A program made the translations under genes and the position numbers. From Ignavibacteriota bacterium (GTDB taxonomy: Bacteria > Bacteroidota > Ignavibacteria > UBA10030): a stretch of 64,000 nt of DNA. Position 1 is the stretch's first letter. Each line of letters opens with the position of its first letter. Under the pieces are notes generated by a model. It worked only from the letters and a program-made list of their open reading frames with translations, made no database searches and was not told the origin of the DNA. Location of the stretch: NCBI GenBank assembly GCA_963701295.1, contig OY969585.1, forward strand, positions 2,304,001 through 2,368,000, given 5' to 3'. Positions 20,677-33,569 of the stretch are shown here, in pieces.

Positions 20677-22770
20677 GTGTCGAGATTGAAGCGAATAGTA
20701 TTCTTGATAATTCCTGCGGTCTTTTTGCCAGTTGTGTACACGTATGATGTAGTGCGTGCTGCAGTAAGATTTGAAATTCCTAGTCTCGCTCTGTTCCGCG
20801 AACTCTTTGTGATTGTCTCGTTCACTCTTATTGGTTTGTTTATAGAGAATCGTCGCAAAGCTTTATCACGTAATACACCAAAAGAGATTGGGCGTGTTTT
20901 CTTTGCAGTTGTACTTTCATTGCTTGTTGTGGGGATAGCCATAGTTTTCCGACCGTCCGAATTCTCTGGACGAGAAGCGATGAATATGTATCGTTCAGCG
21001 ATTTTCATGTTTTTTTCGACATTGATTGCTCTCATACTTGGAGTTGTTACTTTATATATTTTATTTACTCTCCACGATATGATTCTTTTCAAACGTCGAA
21101 AATCAACATGGCGCTATTATTTTGCATACCTTGTTTTTCTTTTTGCTGCATGCGCCGCTGAGCTTCCATTCTTCCATCTGGAAGATACATTCTTGCCTCC
21201 GATAGTATTCACACTCGCGATAGTGTTCATTGTTGTGAATTCATTCAAGCAGAATTGGATTGTCTATCTTTCTAAGCGTGAAAAGGTATATTCCATCGTG
21301 TATTCAATTTTGATGTTTATCGCTCTCACAATGCTGGATGTTTATCTTGCTACTGGTTCTGGGAGCAACAATGCAATCATGTCTTATAGCCGCCCATTAC
21401 ATACTTTCATGAAGTTGAATGCTATCTTCGGAACGATCTATTTCGGAGTTACATTTATTAGTACGCTCTTTCACTTGCCAACAGCGGAAGTGTTTGAGAG
21501 GAAACAATCGGAACTCAACTCGCTGCACAATCTGAGTCGCTTGGTGACGCAGGTGTTTGATTTTAACGATCTTGTCAATACAGTGACACAGATGACTTCG
21601 GAAGTTTGCGATGCACGCAGCGTTTGGATGGAATTGTTCTCCGTGAATGAGGAAACTGGTGAGATGTCTGTCGATGTGGTATCGAAGAAAAACATCACGC
21701 AGAAGGAAATTGACCTTATCGGCGCCGATGATGGAACCCAACTGAGGCGTTATCTTTTGGACACACAAAAAGTATTGCTCATTGAAGATATTTGGTCTGA
21801 TCGGCGAACAACTTATCTCAAGGAGAAAGGTTTCGCGCGCGGATCGCTTCTCACCATTCCGCTCCTTTCACATGGAAAGGTCATCGGCGTTCTTCATGCA
21901 ACGAAAGAATATCAAAATGCTTTTGATCAAGACGATATTGATGTGATGACAACGTTTGCTGATCATGTCAGTATTGCTATTGAGAATTCACGGCTTATTG
22001 CTAAATCGATTGAGCGTGAACGTCTCCATCAAGAAATAATGGTGGCTCAACGGATGCAGAAACGTCTCCTTCCTCAGCGGTTACCGGACATACCCTCGGT
22101 GGAATTTGCCGCTGTATCCGAATCCTCATTCGAAGTCGGCGGTGATTATTATGATGTAATCAATCTTCCGAATGAACGCATAGGAATTATTGTCGGGGAC
22201 GTATCCGGGAAAGGTGTCTCTGCTGCGTTTTATATGGCGGAGGTGAAAGGAATTGTTTTATCTTTGAGTAAAATATGTTCGACACCGCGGGAATTATTGT
22301 TGCGTGCTAATGATACACTCATGGAAAGTCTGGAAAAGAATGCGTTTATTAGTGCTGTCTATGCTGTACTGGATGTTTCTCATGCATCGCTTACCATGGC
22401 GCGTGCTGGACACTGTCCGGTGATTCTTCTCTCCGGTGACTCGTCGGAATTAGTGAGGTCATCGGGAATTGGGTTGGGGTTAACGAATGGTTCTCAATTT
22501 GCGCAAGCGACAGAAGAGCGCGAAATCAAGCTGAAACGGGGTGACATTTGTATCTTCTATACCGATGGTATCACCGAAGCACGAAATGCGGAAATGGAAG
22601 AATATGGCTATGAACGTTTAGTCCAAGTTGCTGGTGGATCCAGGGACTGTTCAGCGGAAGTGATGAAAAACAAGATTTTACAGAGCGTTCGAACTTTTAT
22701 AGGACAAGGAGCGTATACAGATGATGTAACGCTCGTTGTGGTGAAATGGCTTGGAAATTCTAAAGAATAA
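20677..22770 (+). CDS. Membrane-bound GAF + SpoIIE/PP2C phosphatase (RsbU-like)
   Basis: About 8 TM helices, a GAF domain, EVGGDYYD, GDVSGKG, RAGH, YTDGITEA, DDVT. Confidence 0.9.
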   Translation: MSRLKRIVFLIIPAVFLPVVYTYDVVRAAVRFEIPSLALFRELFVIVSFTLIGLFIENRRKALSRNTPKEIGRVFFAVVLSLLVVGIAIVFRPSEFSGREAMNMYRSAIFMFFSTLIALILGVVTLYILFTLHDMILFKRRKSTWRYYFAYLVFLFAACAAELPFFHLEDTFLPPIVFTLAIVFIVVNSFKQNWIVYLSKREKVYSIVYSILMFIALTMLDVYLATGSGSNNAIMSYSRPLHTFMKLNAIFGTIYFGVTFISTLFHLPTAEVFERKQSELNSLHNLSRLVTQVFDFNDLVNTVTQMTSEVCDARSVWMELFSVNEETGEMSVDVVSKKNITQKEIDLIGADDGTQLRRYLLDTQKVLLIEDIWSDRRTTYLKEKGFARGSLLTIPLLSHGKVIGVLHATKEYQNAFDQDDIDVMTTFADHVSIAIENSRLIAKSIERERLHQEIMVAQRMQKRLLPQRLPDIPSVEFAAVSESSFEVGGDYYDVINLPNERIGIIVGDVSGKGVSAAFYMAEVKGIVLSLSKICSTPRELLLRANDTLMESLEKNAFISAVYAVLDVSHASLTMARAGHCPVILLSGDSSELVRSSGIGLGLTNGSQFAQATEEREIKLKRGDICIFYTDGITEARNAEMEEYGYERLVQVAGGSRDCSAEVMKNKILQSVRTFIGQGAYTDDVTLVVVKWLGNSKE

Positions 22771-22824
22771 CGAGGATGGAAATGCAAGAAATTGTAAAGA
22801 GAGTGTTACAAGAAGGAGACCACC

Positions 22825-23181
22825 ATGACTGATTTTAAAATTCACCATCGGGATGGAGAAGGTGTCAGTGTGATTGAACTCAAGGGATACCTTGATGCCC
22901 ATACTGCGCCCGATCTCGAGAGCGCTTTTCAGAAGTTATTGACTGAGAAGAAGTATAATGTTGTTGTCAATTGTCGAGATCTTTCTTATATCAGCAGCGC
23001 CGGGCTGGGTGTTTTTATGGCGTATGTGGAAGATATTCGCAAGAATATGGGGGATATTAAACTGACCAACATGTCGCCGAAAGTCTACAACGTTTTCGAT
23101 CTTTTAGGCTTTCCCATTCTGTATGAAATTTATAAAGATGAACAAGAAGCGGTATCACGGTTTAAAGAAATCAAGAAATAA
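22825..23181 (+). CDS. STAS anti-sigma factor antagonist (RsbV/SpoIIAA-like)
   Basis: LKGYLDAHTAP, YISSAGLG phospho-Ser motif; AAGGAG RBS. Confidence 0.92.
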   Translation: MTDFKIHHRDGEGVSVIELKGYLDAHTAPDLESAFQKLLTEKKYNVVVNCRDLSYISSAGLGVFMAYVEDIRKNMGDIKLTNMSPKVYNVFDLLGFPILYEIYKDEQEAVSRFKEIKK

Positions 23182-23220
23182 TTGAGTCTTGATTCGATAG
23201 AAACGAAGATTCATGAATCA

Positions 23221-23673
23221 ATGGAAACGCAAGCAAAGCACATATCGAAAAGAATAGTAAGCCGGACAGAGAGTCTCGTGGAAGTTCGGGAATTTGTCGA
23301 TGCCGCAGCTCGCGCGTTCGGTTTCTCTGAGGAAGATGTTGCGAATATTATTCTCGCTGTCGATGAAGCTTGCACGAACATTATTAAACATGCATATCAA
23401 TATGCTGTAGATCAAGAGATCGAGATCTCTATTTTTCCCAGCACACGTTCTTTCGAAATACGAATCTATGATAACGGAAAATCCTTCGATCCTTCACTCA
23501 TCCGAACGCCGGATTTAAAAGATCATATAGGCCACAAGCGGCGCGGAGGCCTTGGTGTCTATTTGATGAAGCGATTAATGGATAAAGTTGAATATAATTT
23601 TGTTCCGGGGAAAAGAAACGAAGTCCGCCTTATCAAGTATCGTTCGAATGCTTCCGCCATTACAGGGAGGTAG
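23221..23673 (+). CDS. Anti-sigma factor Ser/Thr kinase (RsbW/SpoIIAB-like)
   Basis: LAVDEACTNIIKHAY, DNGKSFD, GGLGVYLMKRLMD; start could instead be TTG 23182. Confidence 0.9.
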   Translation: METQAKHISKRIVSRTESLVEVREFVDAAARAFGFSEEDVANIILAVDEACTNIIKHAYQYAVDQEIEISIFPSTRSFEIRIYDNGKSFDPSLIRTPDLKDHIGHKRRGGLGVYLMKRLMDKVEYNFVPGKRNEVRLIKYRSNASAITGR

Positions 23674-23675
23674 CG

Positions 23676-25421
23676 ATGAGGGGTCTTTACACACAACCAG
23701 AAACAGCGGATAGAAAAGAAACGTCTGACTTTCTTTCACTGTTCGAATTTAGCAACGTCGTTAATTCCTCGCTTGACCTCGATTTTATCTTAAGCACTGT
23801 CTTACGGACATTAATGGGCAAGATGCTGGTCACACGGGGTATGGTTTTTCTTAAACGAAGCGGAAAATTATTTCAGATTATCACTGCGAAAGGGGTCGAC
23901 CATTCCGTCATAGGACAAACCTTAGAAGTCGGCCGGCCGCTGCGTTCTTTACAAGTTGTGGCGAAACTTCTTAAGAATAATACAGTATGGTGTGAATTTC
24001 TGAAACATCATCAGCAGTCATTGATTATCCCGATTCTCTCACAGCGCCGCATTGTAGGATATATTACACTCGGTGAGCGGCTATCGAAGCCGTCATATTC
24101 CGCAACGGATAAGCGGCTTATTCAATCGCTTGTAAGTCTCTCCGGTGCGGCAATCGAGAAGGCTCTTATCATCGATCAGGTGAAAGAAGCCAACCGCAAT
24201 CTCGATAGAAAAATTCAGGAACTTAATACGCTTTTTGATTTGAGCAAAGAGTTTAATATTGGGTTGGATGAAAAGAAAGTTGTACGGTTGGTAACATTTG
24301 CACTGCTGGGACAAATTGGAGTGAAAAAATACGCCTTGTGCCTACGGGATAATGATGGATTAAATATCGTCGAATCGCGCATTGAAGGAAGCGCAAACTT
24401 AAAAAACATTCTTCCCCAATTGTGCAATCTCGAACACTCTGCAACAACACAAGACTTGCTGAAGCAGAAGGCATATCGGATTGCAGCGGCGCAACTAATT
24501 CAGATGGGCATTACGGCTGTTGTGCCTATGCATATCCAGCATAAAACGAAAGGAATGATTCTCCTTGGCGAGCGATTACGCGGCGGTATATATACACGCG
24601 CCGACCTAGAATTTCTGTACTCGCTTGGTAATCTTGCAATAATATCAATTGAAAATGCACATCTCTTTAAAGATGCTTTAGAAAAACAACGGATGGAAGA
24701 TGAGCTGATTATCGCACGCGAGATTCAGCAGGGACTTTTACCGGAGAAGCTTCCATCCATTCCTGGTTTCGATATCGCGGCACTGACCATTCCATCAAAG
24801 GAAGTCGGTGGCGACTACTATGATATTATAACGCGTCAAAACGGAGAATACATCCTTGCAATTGGCGATGTTTCAGGTAAAGGGACACCGGCGGCCCTGT
24901 TGATGGCAAATGTGCAGGCGGCATTGCGGGCGCTTGCACCACATTGCACATCTGTTTCTGAAACCACCGGGCAGATCAACGATCTCACATATGCGAATAC
25001 TCGTAGCGGCAGTAAATTTATCACATTCTTTTGGGGAATTCTTGATCCACAAACACATCAGTTTCGTTTTTCCAATGCTGGACATAACCCGCCGTACCTC
25101 TTGCGAAAAGATGGGACAATAGAAGGATTGGAGGAAGGCGGACTTATTCTTGGTGTCTTTAAAACAATGACTCCCTATGGTGAAGCTACGGTCACACTCT
25201 CACCAGGAGATGTTTTGGTGATGTATACCGACGGAGTAAGCGAGGCGATGAATCAAAGTAACGACCAATTCACGGAAGAGCAGCTTGAGGTTGTTCTTAA
25301 AGAATCGACGCACTTCTCTGCAAAGGAAATCATACAGAAGGTCCAGCAAGCGCTCGAATCTCACACCCAGGGCACACCGCAGTCGGATGATATTACAATG
25401 CTGGTACTGAAGGCAATATAG
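23676..25421 (+). CDS. GAF-GAF-PP2C phosphatase (RsbU-like)
   Basis: Two GAF domains, EVGGDYYD, GDVSGKG, NAGHNPP, YTDGVSEA, SDDIT. Confidence 0.9.
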   Translation: MRGLYTQPETADRKETSDFLSLFEFSNVVNSSLDLDFILSTVLRTLMGKMLVTRGMVFLKRSGKLFQIITAKGVDHSVIGQTLEVGRPLRSLQVVAKLLKNNTVWCEFLKHHQQSLIIPILSQRRIVGYITLGERLSKPSYSATDKRLIQSLVSLSGAAIEKALIIDQVKEANRNLDRKIQELNTLFDLSKEFNIGLDEKKVVRLVTFALLGQIGVKKYALCLRDNDGLNIVESRIEGSANLKNILPQLCNLEHSATTQDLLKQKAYRIAAAQLIQMGITAVVPMHIQHKTKGMILLGERLRGGIYTRADLEFLYSLGNLAIISIENAHLFKDALEKQRMEDELIIAREIQQGLLPEKLPSIPGFDIAALTIPSKEVGGDYYDIITRQNGEYILAIGDVSGKGTPAALLMANVQAALRALAPHCTSVSETTGQINDLTYANTRSGSKFITFFWGILDPQTHQFRFSNAGHNPPYLLRKDGTIEGLEEGGLILGVFKTMTPYGEATVTLSPGDVLVMYTDGVSEAMNQSNDQFTEEQLEVVLKESTHFSAKEIIQKVQQALESHTQGTPQSDDITMLVLKAI

Positions 25422-25504
25422 TTTTCGAGTTCTTTTCTTCCACCCACCTTGCCTTTCAAGTGAGTGTTTGTTAATTTTAATTATATAATCATTTACTGCA
25501 CCTG

Positions 25505-26044
25505 ATGCCTCGATTTACGCTTGATGAAATACGAAATAAATTTTCTAGCGGCAAAGATTTTAACGAAATCTTTGATGTCTTTGAAGATGCGCTGAAGCAG
25601 GGAATTCAGGATGTCGAATTGTATCGGCTGCTTTTTTGGAACTCTGCCCTCCGTCCCGATGAGTTATGTCTCTTTGGTGAAAAGCTGGCTCAGGAATTTC
25701 CAGACCTCGCATATGATACGTTTATGTGGCTGGCGAATGTGTTCGAGGCAACATATTCATCCTACGATAACTTTGAGCTGGCGATGCGGTACTATCGGAA
25801 AGCAGCAAAGACAAAGCCCGGTGAAGTGCAGCCATATCTCAATGCCGCTGATTGCCACGAACCCGACTTGAATATTCCGCCGCTCTATTGGCTGGTAGAA
25901 TTTTTAAAATTAGGAATTAACCAAGTCACAGATAAGAAGACGCTTCTGCACCGATTATCATATCTCTACCAAATGCATGGAGATCAGAAGCAGGCAGATT
26001 TTTACAGAAACCTTGCTGATGATATTGGACGAAACCAAAACTAG
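25505..26044 (+). CDS. Hypothetical alpha-helical (TPR-like) protein
   Basis: 179-aa ORF with TPR-like helices (AMRYYRKAAKTKP). Confidence 0.65.
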   Translation: MPRFTLDEIRNKFSSGKDFNEIFDVFEDALKQGIQDVELYRLLFWNSALRPDELCLFGEKLAQEFPDLAYDTFMWLANVFEATYSSYDNFELAMRYYRKAAKTKPGEVQPYLNAADCHEPDLNIPPLYWLVEFLKLGINQVTDKKTLLHRLSYLYQMHGDQKQADFYRNLADDIGRNQN

Positions 26045-26966
26045 TACACTTCAATATAGCGCTCATGCGCTCCGCGGATTTCTTTTTTTATTGCTTGCCG
26101 TACTTTTCTGGGGAGGATCGGCTCCGTTGGGGAAGTTTCTTATTGTTACACGCTTCGATACACTCATCATTGTGCAGACCCGGACTTCGCTTGCGTTTGT
26201 CCTGTTGCTTATCTTTTTTCTGTTGAAAGACAGAATTGTCTTTCGAATTGAGCTTCGTGATATCTGGAAGTTTGCTATGCTGGGCGTTGTAGGAATCGCC
26301 ATCACGAATTATACCTACTACTACACAGTGAAAGAAGCATCAGTAGCAACAGCGATACTGGTGCAATATACGGCACCTGTGTGGATCGTGCTGTATGCAG
26401 TACTCATTACAAAGGACGACAAGCTCGACCGTGTTACCATCCTCTCGCTTGTTATTGCACTGGTTGGATGTTACTTTGCTGTTACTTCAGGTTCGATGCA
26501 AAGTATTAATTTGAGAGGATGGGCGATCATTACCGGGCCTCTATCCGCGTTTACATTTGCATACCAGGTCATTGGGACGAAGCAACTGATCAAACGCTAT
26601 TCTATTTGGACATTGTTATTGTATATGTTTGGCTTTTCGGCAATATTTTGGCTTTGCATCAATCCTCCATGGAATGTTATTGCGAAGCACTACACTTACA
26701 GTGATTGGGGAATTCTTTGGATGTTTGCCATCGTCTCAATCCTGATTCCGCAGATGGCATTCGCATCCGGATTGAAACATCTGGATGCTTCAACAGCCGG
26801 TATTATTAGCGTGATGGAGCCGGTGATTGCGATTGTGGCAGCATTTCTCATATTGGGTGAATCACTGAGTGTTATTCAGATGATTGGAGGATTGACGGTT
26901 CTGTTGGCAGTTGGATTGCTTCAGGCACATCCGATGATTACAAGAAAAATGATGAAGATAGAATGA
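26019..26966 (+). CDS. EamA/DMT family transporter
   Basis: About 10 TM helices in two EamA repeats (QYTAP..; EPVIA..LGE). Confidence 0.9.
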   Translation: MILDETKTSTLQYSAHALRGFLFLLLAVLFWGGSAPLGKFLIVTRFDTLIIVQTRTSLAFVLLLIFFLLKDRIVFRIELRDIWKFAMLGVVGIAITNYTYYYTVKEASVATAILVQYTAPVWIVLYAVLITKDDKLDRVTILSLVIALVGCYFAVTSGSMQSINLRGWAIITGPLSAFTFAYQVIGTKQLIKRYSIWTLLLYMFGFSAIFWLCINPPWNVIAKHYTYSDWGILWMFAIVSILIPQMAFASGLKHLDASTAGIISVMEPVIAIVAAFLILGESLSVIQMIGGLTVLLAVGLLQAHPMITRKMMKIE

Positions 26967-27547
26967 GAATGGAACGGCGGTTGAATCGATTGGAAACAGT
27001 GTTGCGGCAGCGTCAACCAGATTTGACGGTAGTTATGGAGAATATTCACGATCCGCACAATGTTAGTGCAATACTGCGATCATGCGATGCAGCAGGAGTC
27101 ATGGAAGTGCAGCTCATCTATACGAGTATGGAATTTCCTGATCTTGGGGAAAAGAGTTCAGCGAGTGCAAAAAAATGGGTGGCGCAACGATGTTTTGCAA
27201 GTGTTAAGGAATGCTACGATAAGCTGCGCGAAGAAGAGTATGCAATATATGCAACACATCTTGAAGTAGCGGCGAAAGTGCCGTATGAAATTGATATGAC
27301 GAGGAAAACTGCCTTTGTTGTCGGTAATGAACATGAAGGTGTATCTTTGGAAGCAGCGCAGCTTGCAGATGGAATAGTGCAAATTCCGATGTTTGGAATG
27401 ATTCAAAGCTTAAATGTCTCTGTTGCGACAGCAGTGATTCTCTTTGAAGCGGTTCGCCAGCGAATTGGAGCAGGATATTACGCGAAGGCAAGACTATCCG
27501 ATGTGGATTTGGCTAAGCTTCTCAAAGAATGGGCAATGAAAGAATAA
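26963..27547 (+). CDS. trmH: tRNA (guanosine-18-2'-O)-methyltransferase, SpoU family
   Basis: RQPDLTVVMENIHDPHNVSAILRSCDA, GNEHEG, IPMFGMIQSLNVSVA. Confidence 0.88.
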   Translation: MRMERRLNRLETVLRQRQPDLTVVMENIHDPHNVSAILRSCDAAGVMEVQLIYTSMEFPDLGEKSSASAKKWVAQRCFASVKECYDKLREEEYAIYATHLEVAAKVPYEIDMTRKTAFVVGNEHEGVSLEAAQLADGIVQIPMFGMIQSLNVSVATAVILFEAVRQRIGAGYYAKARLSDVDLAKLLKEWAMKE

Positions 27548-27563
27548 AAAGAAATAGACGTTG

Positions 27564-28235
27564 ATGAATGTTCACCTAGAGATGAAGGATTTTATTGACG
27601 AATTGGAAGCATACGCCAAACGGAAACTGAACTATCCTGTGGAAGTCGGAGAACTTTTGCAGATAGTTATGCAGACTGGATTGGTAGGTGAGTTCGCAGA
27701 TCTGATCTTTCAGGCGAAGTTTCTCGTGAGGACTCAGGAAATAATGAAGCGGATCGGTCCGGGTATGGATGGGTTTGAGAAACTATCGATAGAATTTCAA
27801 TCGAGCATGAAGAAGTCGATCGATTTCCTGAATTTGCTTATCGAAAGAGCATCCTCAGATGTCGCTCGGAAATTGGCAGACATGTTTATAGTCATGGAAA
27901 CCGACAGTTTTAGCCGATTAATGAAATTGTTCTCCGACTTGAGTTGTATAAAAAATTGGCAAGTTGACGGGAAGCCGCTTCCATATGAAACAGATTCAGT
28001 TGTAAAGTCAAGCTTGCAAAACATTGCAAAATGGAATGTCTATGGAAAGAAAATTAACTTGATCCTCGGTCAAATTCAAAAAAGTGCCTTATTATGTGCA
28101 ATCCTCTTTCTCCTTTTACTTCTTATCGATTCGCCAGTAACAATTTTCGGCTGGATCCTTTCATTGGGGATTGCGGTATTCCTTGTGTATATTATCATTC
28201 AGATTTATTCAATAAATAGAACCCCGAAGTCATAA
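27564..28235 (+). CDS. Hypothetical protein with two C-terminal TM helices
   Basis: Long ORF in operon context; no family recognised. Confidence 0.65.
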   Translation: MNVHLEMKDFIDELEAYAKRKLNYPVEVGELLQIVMQTGLVGEFADLIFQAKFLVRTQEIMKRIGPGMDGFEKLSIEFQSSMKKSIDFLNLLIERASSDVARKLADMFIVMETDSFSRLMKLFSDLSCIKNWQVDGKPLPYETDSVVKSSLQNIAKWNVYGKKINLILGQIQKSALLCAILFLLLLLIDSPVTIFGWILSLGIAVFLVYIIIQIYSINRTPKS

Positions 28236-28250
28236 TTGAGCATATAACAA

Positions 28251-29495
28251 ATGAAGTATACCCTCCTGAAGTCATTTCTGTTCATTTCTTTTTTCTCTTT
28301 GAGCTTATTTTCCGCTGAACCGATAGTAAAACCAGGCATTGATGTATTGCGCGAACGTGGCTTTGATATTCTTAAAGGTAAACGCGTCGGTCTTATCACA
28401 AATCCTACAGGCGTTACTTCCGATTTACAAAGCTCGATTGATATTTTGTTCAATGCTCCCGATGTGAAATTAGTAGCGTTGTATAGTCCGGAGCATGGAA
28501 TTCGAGGTGATCTCGATGCTGGAAAAGAAATTAACGGCTATAATGATCCGAGAACAGGGTTGCCCGTGTACTCACTTTATGGAAAAACGCGAAGACCGAC
28601 AAAAGAGATGTTGCAGAATATCGATGTGCTGGTATATGACATTCAAGATATCGGCGTACGGTCCTATACATTTATTTCGACAATGGGTTTGGCAATGGAA
28701 GCCGCGGCAGAGAATAAAATTAAATTTATTGTGCTCGATCGGCCCAATCCCCTCACAGGTGATCGTGTAGAAGGCTCCATGGTGGATTTAAAACTTAAGT
28801 CGTTCATAAGTGCATATCAAATTCCATATGTCTATGGAATGACTGTGGGTGAGTTAGCACAGATGATCAATGGAGAAGATTGGTTGAACGGTAGTGGTAC
28901 GTGTGATCTGACCGTGATTCCGATGAAAGGATGGAAGAGGGCGATGTGGTGGGATGAAACTGGATTAACATGGGTGCCGACATCGCCGCATATTCCGCAT
29001 TCTTTCACGACACTCTTTTGCGTGCTCACGGGGCTTTTGGGTGAGCTTGGCACGGCAAATCAAGGTGTCGGTTATACACTTCCTTTTGAATTGGTCGGCG
29101 CCCCATGGGTAGATGGATTCGCGCTTGCTCGTTATTTGAATAATCTCAATATGCCGGGTATCCGGTTTCGTCAGATTTCTTATATACCTTTCTATAAAGA
29201 CACTACAGGTATTCGTTATAAAGGTGTGCAGATTCATATTATTGACAGAAATAAACTCAATATTGAACAAGTGCAAATAGCAATTCTTGAGGCATTAGTA
29301 CGCCTTTTCCCTGAAAATAATATCTTCGATCGGGCGAAAGCGGATAGAGTCAATTCGTTTGACAAAGCGGTTGGGACGGATGATATACGACGAGCATTAC
29401 AAAACGGAACACCCGTCGAAGAAATTCTACGTAGGATGGATCAACAACGTGCGCTGTTTATGATCAAACGGGAAAAGTATCTTTTATACGAATAG
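28251..29495 (+). CDS. Exo-beta-N-acetylmuramidase NamZ (DUF1343) family
   Basis: Signal peptide, GLITNPTG, PEHGIRG, YDIQDIGVRSYTF, DRPNP, WVPTSPHIP. Confidence 0.9.
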   Translation: MKYTLLKSFLFISFFSLSLFSAEPIVKPGIDVLRERGFDILKGKRVGLITNPTGVTSDLQSSIDILFNAPDVKLVALYSPEHGIRGDLDAGKEINGYNDPRTGLPVYSLYGKTRRPTKEMLQNIDVLVYDIQDIGVRSYTFISTMGLAMEAAAENKIKFIVLDRPNPLTGDRVEGSMVDLKLKSFISAYQIPYVYGMTVGELAQMINGEDWLNGSGTCDLTVIPMKGWKRAMWWDETGLTWVPTSPHIPHSFTTLFCVLTGLLGELGTANQGVGYTLPFELVGAPWVDGFALARYLNNLNMPGIRFRQISYIPFYKDTTGIRYKGVQIHIIDRNKLNIEQVQIAILEALVRLFPENNIFDRAKADRVNSFDKAVGTDDIRRALQNGTPVEEILRRMDQQRALFMIKREKYLLYE

Positions 29496-29811
29496 CAGAT
29501 TCTCTATCGGTATAGCGTACTGAGAGGTCATCATGATTTATTATACAATGCTGCTCGAAGAATTCTCATCTCTATCGTTGCATTTCACTCAAGGCTTCGT
29601 TATTTTTAGAGGGAAGTAAAAAATGGTCCTTCAATCAAACATGAGTCCATGGAGCAAATCGAATCAGGTCATCTGGAACTGAAAGAACACATCTGTTTAT
29701 TCTTGCCTCGCTCTGCGGAATACGAGTCCCTTGAATCATCTTTAAAACTCAATTATCCTCAATTCTCTAAAGCTAGTGGTTGTTTGGTATTTGCTATGAG
29801 GAGAATTTGAA

Positions 29812-30522
29812 GTGCTGGTATCTCTTACAAAACTAATTCTTCTCATTCCTGTCACGTTGGTGTTTTCTGTCTGGGCATTAATGACTATCCCATTTGATCG
29901 GAGCGGCAGATATTTCCGTATGTCTCCATGGTGGTGGTCAAGATTTATTTTTTGGACATTTGGAATGAAGGTCTCGGTGATAGGATATGAAAACCTTGAT
30001 CCCAAGAAGCCATATATTTTTGTGTCGAATCATGCAAGTATGTTTGATATCCCGACGGTTTTTGTTGCTCTCAAAGGTAATGTGAATATTGTATTCAAAA
30101 AGGAACTGACATATGTGCCAATCTGGGGATGGGCATTACGCTATGGACATTTCATCATGATCGACCGCTCGAATCCACGAAAAGCGATGGCGAGTATCGA
30201 GCGGGCAACGCGATCGATTCGCAAGGGTAGTTCAGTGATACTCTTTCCGGAAGGAACAAGGACGCTGGATGGGAAACTGCAGCTATTCAAGCGTGGTGCA
30301 TTTTCATTGGCTGCGAAAGCAGGAGTTCCTGTTGTGCCGCTTACAATTAACGGTACATATTCAATAATGCCCAAGGGATCTCTCAATATTAAACCGGCGA
30401 ATATTTCTGTCGTTCTGGGAAAACCCATTTTTACATCAGATCTTAAGGGAAAAGATGGTGAATTGAAGCTGATGAAACAAGTGCATCATGTAATCGAAAA
30501 GAATTATATTAACCAATCGTGA
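29812..30522 (+). CDS. plsC: 1-acyl-sn-glycerol-3-phosphate acyltransferase
   Basis: NHASMFD (HX4D), IDR, FPEGTR, FKRGAF. Confidence 0.9.
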   Translation: MLVSLTKLILLIPVTLVFSVWALMTIPFDRSGRYFRMSPWWWSRFIFWTFGMKVSVIGYENLDPKKPYIFVSNHASMFDIPTVFVALKGNVNIVFKKELTYVPIWGWALRYGHFIMIDRSNPRKAMASIERATRSIRKGSSVILFPEGTRTLDGKLQLFKRGAFSLAAKAGVPVVPLTINGTYSIMPKGSLNIKPANISVVLGKPIFTSDLKGKDGELKLMKQVHHVIEKNYINQS

Positions 30523-30530
30523 GATATTTT

Positions 30531-30826
30531 ATGGCTGTTACCATTAAAGATGTTGAACACATTGCCAAATTGGCGAAATTGGAATTTACGGACGCTGAGA
30601 AAGAAAAATTCACGCACCAGCTAAATCAAATTCTTGAGTATGTGGAACAGATGAACAAGCTTGATACAAGCCACGTTGAACCACTTTCACATGTTATAGA
30701 ACTGAGCAATGTGTTTCGTGCTGATGAAGTGAAACAAGGTGTCTCAACTGAAGAAGCATTGAAAAATGCTCCGTCAAAAACAGAAGAGTTCTTTAAAGTA
30801 CCGAAAGTAATTAACGAAAAATCGTA

Positions 30827-30827
<1 letters not shown>
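30531..30827 (+). CDS. gatC: Asp/Glu-tRNA amidotransferase subunit C
   Basis: VEHIAKLAKLE..DTSHVEP..NVFRADE..NAP..FFKVPKVI. Confidence 0.95.
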
Positions 30828-33249
<2,422 letters not shown>

Positions 33250-33285
33250 GGGGGGAAACCTCAGGAGCGCTTACACCCTCTCTAA

Positions 33286-33310
33286 AGTCACATATCCACC
33301 AGATGTGACT
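33286..33310. terminator. Hairpin between convergent pyrG and the pseudogene
   Basis: AGTCACAT-N9-ATGTGACT, extendable by CTCTC/GAGAG; no clear U-tract. Confidence 0.4.
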
Positions 33311-33332
33311 CAAATGAGAGAAGGCGCAGAGT

Positions 33333-33569
33333 TTATTTTGTCATCACCAATTTTGCGTGATACACTTTCATCGTTGGCATTCAAACGGACGCAATATATT
33401 TCTGATGCCATCTTTTGACTCTTATCTTCGTTGCTATTCCAGTTAATATTATAGTCACCAACACTTTGATATCGATCAATGAATCGATTCACTTCGCACC
33501 CCGTGATATCAGAGTTGATGCGAGAAGGAGGATGAGAATTCCTGAGAAACTTATTAACATCTTCTTCAT
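33333..33569 (-). pseudogene. Collapsed remnant of a T9SS-secreted protein (signal peptide plus end of CTD)
   Basis: GAAAGGTG RBS, then MKKMLISFSGILILLLASTL, abutting an out-of-frame YQSVGDYNINWN..KMASEIYCVRL..RK/LVMTK* CTD-like tail. Confidence 0.6.
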
